DNA of 36,677 nt from Haloarculaceae archaeon (GTDB taxonomy: Archaea; Halobacteriota; Halobacteria; Halobacteriales; Haloarculaceae). Of this stretch, positions 34,220 through 36,677 are shown one piece after another. The position numbers were made by a program, and so were the translations under genes. The DNA lies in the NCBI GenBank assembly GCA_036625635.1, contig JAZKTI010000001.1:1-36677 (forward strand), written 5' to 3'. Positions within the stretch are counted from its first letter, which is position 1. Every line of letters starts with the position of its first letter. The notes beneath the pieces were generated by a model. That model ran no database searches and was not told the DNA's origin. It saw nothing but the letters and a program-made list of their open reading frames with translations.

Positions 34220-34451
34220 GGGTCGAACGCTCGTCGGGACGCCGAGCGAGACAGCCTGGAGGGCCCGTTCTCGTGTCTCCACTCGGTCCTGCCGGGGTCG
34301 GCGGACGCGGAGGGGGCCTCCACGTCGGGCCAATCGGCCTGCTCACTGTCGAGACCGGGGCCGAACGGGCAGCGCAGCCCGGGTGGCTGGGAGGTGAATG
34401 CCGACCCACATCTTTGGGATTAAATACGGCCGTCACGACGTGTTGTGTACG

Positions 34452-34643
34452 ATGGTCGATCCCACGTCGGACCTGGGCGAGGACGTCACCGAGGATGACG
34501 CGCCGGAGTGTGCAACGTGTGGGGATGTGGTCGTCCAGACGGCGGATCACCGCGTAATCACCTGGATCGAGGACGACGCTGTCGAGACGGCACACTTCTG
34601 TGACGACGACTGTCGAAGCGAGTGGGACGGGCCGACGGTCTGA
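34452..34643 (+). CDS. small acidic cysteine-containing protein (63 aa)
   Basis: ATG at 34452 inside ORF 34398..34643. MVDPTSDLGEDVTEDDAPECATCGDVVV...HFCDDDCRSEWDG suggests a zinc-binding pattern. Confidence 0.5.
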   Translation: MVDPTSDLGEDVTEDDAPECATCGDVVVQTADHRVITWIEDDAVETAHFCDDDCRSEWDGPTV

Positions 34644-34700
34644 ATCCGGCCCGGTCCACAACCTGGCTTCGGGACGGAGGCCGGCCGATCCTGGAGTCGA

Positions 34701-35993
34701 TCACCCGGACCGATATCGGAGGCCGCTGCCGACGACCATGGTCCCGATACCGGCCAGCACGAGGAAGAGCTGGAGTTCGTTGAACCAGTACGGAACCCCC
34801 GGAAAAAGGGACTTGAGTCCCACGAGCCCCAGCGAGAGGACCGGAATGTCACCGGGGGGATCAGCGATCGGGTCGGTCATGTTGCCGTCGAAGGTTGGGG
34901 CCGGAGTGCGTTCGCCGACGGGGACTCGGTCCGCCTCATAAGGGACATCCGTTGTCTCGTAACTCCAGACGACGTGGCCGGTGTCGTTCACTTCCACGAT
35001 GCGACGGTTCAGCGTGTCAGTAATGAGGGTATTCCCGTTCGGAAGGCGGTCGGCATCTCGCGGCCAGTCGAACCGAACCCCCCCGGCACTCTCTAGCGAC
35101 CAGACGGGTTCCCAGATCCCACTCCGGTTGCGGAGTTCGACGATGCGGTCGTTGTGACTGTCGGCGACGAGGACGGCACCCTCGCCGAGCCAGTGGGGGT
35201 TGTGCTGGTGGTTCAGGACGCTCTTGTTCCCGCACCTGACGTCGCCGTCCCCGTCGGTGTCCGCGAGCTGGCCGTCGTGCGTGCAGGCGGCGTCGTCGGT
35301 GTCGTCCCTGTCCTCGTTGATGACCTCCACCACGCCGACGCCACGTTCGAGGATCAGGAGCTGGTTCGCATTCCGGATAGAGACGAGGTAGCGGTCCGGC
35401 GAGAGGACGTCCACGTCGTTGAGGTGGAGCCAGTCAGTCTCCGTGACGTCGATGGGCTTGTCGTAGAAGGAACTCGCGTTCCACTGCCAGGCGATCTCGC
35501 CGTCCTCGAGCACGAAGACCCGTTCCTCCTCCATGTCCCCGACGAGTACGCCGCCGTCGGGTAACGGTTTGGCAGCGTGGGCCTCGCTGTTCTTCACGGT
35601 CCGCACCGGGAAGCTGTATTCGCTGGTAACCTCGGGATCGGGCTCCGGATCGATCACGCGGAAGCCGGTCCGGCTACAGGGGGACTCGTAGGGGCCACAG
35701 TCCTCGTACCCGCCGTCCATGTACCCGGCCATCACCGACCCGTTCGCGAGTTCGGTGACCTCGAAGTAACTGTTCGCGGTGTCCTCGCGCCACACCTCGC
35801 TACTCCCGTTGAGCAGGTAGACGCTTCCCTCGTCGTGCCAGCCGGTTCCACCGCCGTGGATGCCGACGAGCGTTTCGTTGCCCGCACCTGGCGTTGCGAT
35901 ACCGGGGGCGAGGAGGGCGCTGCCGGCGATAGTGAAAACGATCAGGACGACACCGGAGATGACGAATCCCGTTCCCCGGTCGGGAGGCTCCAT
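34701..35993 (-). CDS. arylsulfotransferase (ASST)-like beta-propeller protein with N- and C-terminal membrane spans
   Basis: The 430-aa ORF has an N-terminal TM (FVISGVVLIVFTIAGSALLA), repeated WxxxxxxHxND/NDRIVE-type propeller blades and a C-terminal hydrophobic span. The family assignment is from memory. Confidence 0.7.
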   Translation of the reverse strand: MEPPDRGTGFVISGVVLIVFTIAGSALLAPGIATPGAGNETLVGIHGGGTGWHDEGSVYLLNGSSEVWREDTANSYFEVTELANGSVMAGYMDGGYEDCGPYESPCSRTGFRVIDPEPDPEVTSEYSFPVRTVKNSEAHAAKPLPDGGVLVGDMEEERVFVLEDGEIAWQWNASSFYDKPIDVTETDWLHLNDVDVLSPDRYLVSIRNANQLLILERGVGVVEVINEDRDDTDDAACTHDGQLADTDGDGDVRCGNKSVLNHQHNPHWLGEGAVLVADSHNDRIVELRNRSGIWEPVWSLESAGGVRFDWPRDADRLPNGNTLITDTLNRRIVEVNDTGHVVWSYETTDVPYEADRVPVGERTPAPTFDGNMTDPIADPPGDIPVLSLGLVGLKSLFPGVPYWFNELQLFLVLAGIGTMVVGSGLRYRSG

Positions 35994-36105
35994 TGTCGAA
36001 TTAGCGGAGCAGAGTCAGCAAAGCCCTTGCGGTCTCCGGTCGCGCCAATCGTCAATCCCGGTCTCTCGGCCCGAATATCCTGCTACCCACCCCATCCCCC
36101 TGATT

Positions 36106-36170
36106 TCACACACCCTCCTGACATCACACACCCTCCTGACATCACACACCCTCCTGACTTCACCGAGCGT
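36106..36170. repeat. tandem repeat, 18-nt unit TCACACACCCTCCTGACA, 3 full copies plus a partial one
   Basis: Copies start at 36106, 36124 and 36142, with a partial copy at 36160. The array lies in the divergent intergenic region between the ASST-like gene and the small membrane-protein gene. Confidence 0.9.
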
Positions 36171-36231
36171 CGCCACTCGTGAGGACGACACGAAAGAGGG
36201 ACATGGTGGCACGACGAAGGGCTGATCAAGA

Positions 36232-36453
36232 ATGGACCTCTCTTCCCGCCATGCCTTCGTGCTCGTCCTCGCGGTCGGCATCGCCGGGACGGGAATCGTC
36301 GTCTCGCTGTTCTCCTCGGCCGGCTACGGGACCCTCGGGTCGGCCGTCTGGGTCCTCGGCTACGGGATCACGGTGCTCGTCCTCTGGTGGGGCTGGCTTC
36401 GGCCACTGGACCTGGGCCACGATCCCCAGGACACAGATCGGGGCGAGAGCTGA
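36232..36453 (+). CDS. small membrane protein with two predicted TM helices (73 aa)
   Basis: MDLSSRHAFVLVLAVGIAGTGIVVSLFSSAGYGTLGSAVWVLGYGITVLVLWWGWL... shows two hydrophobic spans and an acidic tail. Confidence 0.55.
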   Translation: MDLSSRHAFVLVLAVGIAGTGIVVSLFSSAGYGTLGSAVWVLGYGITVLVLWWGWLRPLDLGHDPQDTDRGES

Positions 36454-36470
36454 GCGGCCGATCGGAGCGC

Positions 36471-36530
36471 GGGACGAGAGCGGGAAGGGCGGACGGGACG
36501 AAAGCTGGGAGGGCGGACGGGGCGCGAGCC
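36471..36530. repeat. tandem repeat, 24-nt unit GGGACGA(G/A)AGC(G/T)GGGA(A/G)GGGCGGAC, 2 copies plus a degenerate third
   Basis: Units run 36471-36494 and 36495-36518, with a partial third from 36519. The array starts 18 nt after the stop of the small membrane-protein ORF. Confidence 0.8.
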
Positions 36531-36616
36531 CTGAGGCCCTGGGGCGGAGACCTGTGGGTGACGAGTCGAGCGACAGTCCCTAGCTGGCGAGTGCCGGACA
36601 CGCCGGCAGGCGACTT

Positions 36617-36671
36617 CGAGTGGGGACCGTTCGAATGGCTACGGGACCGTTCGAATGGCTACGAGTGGGGA
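36617..36671. repeat. tandem repeat, 20-nt unit GGGACCGTTCGAATGGCTAC x2, flanked by CGAGTGGGGA on both sides
   Basis: Units run 36623-36642 and 36643-36662. The flanking 10-mers are at 36617-36626 and 36662-36671. The array is close to the right edge of the window. Confidence 0.85.
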
Positions 36672-36677
36672 TCGTCC

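Noticed and set aside
34701-34800. C-terminus of the ASST-like protein as a PGF-CTERM archaeosortase signal (..LFPGVPYWF...hydrophobic span...RYRSG).
   Set aside because: The motif is FPGV, not PGF followed directly by the helix, and the spacing does not match the canonical tripartite signal. It was left as a plain C-terminal membrane span.

Overview
GC-rich archaeal chromosomal segment with the hallmarks of a haloarchaeon (class Halobacteria). Evidence: strongly acidic predicted proteins, a twin-arginine/lipobox lipoprotein, typical family proteins (amphi-Trp, UPF0179, DUF309, DUF63-like), AT-rich TATA-like boxes roughly 20-30 nt before several start codons, and a tRNA with a bulge-helix-bulge intron.

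About 35 protein genes are supportable:
- glyA
- an E1-like/YcaO fusion
- an inositol-monophosphatase-family gene
- a four-gene prkA-prkA-yeaH(DUF444)-spoVR cluster (16.2-24.1 kb)
- a YjbQ-family gene
- an HhH-GPD glycosylase
- a divergent beta-oxidation pair (acyl-CoA dehydrogenase; 3-hydroxyacyl-CoA dehydrogenase/enoyl-CoA hydratase fusion)
- a GlmU-like nucleotidyltransferase/acetyltransferase
- an arylsulfotransferase-like protein
- several small zinc-ribbon and hypothetical proteins

RNA genes are tRNA-Leu(CAA) and an intron-containing tRNA-Glu(UUC).

The least ordinary parts are:
1. A visibly AT-richer, decayed accessory patch at 29.3-32.1 kb beside tRNA-Glu. It holds orphan tRNA 3'-end fragments forming a 17-nt direct repeat around an 884-bp segment that carries only a DUF433/DUF5615 toxin-antitoxin pair, plus an HNH remnant and a frameshifted regulator.
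2. Many independent short tandem-repeat arrays in intergenic DNA (periods 26, 33, 18, 24 and 20 nt, plus a 59-nt-spaced duplication of a gene junction).
3. A 560-nt ORF-free, helix-rich gap at 1.0-1.56 kb that looks like a structured RNA of unknown class.

I found no CRISPR array, no rRNA and no convincing complete novel multi-gene system; the candidates are ranked accordingly. The many very long reverse-strand ORFs in the track are GC-driven shadow ORFs.
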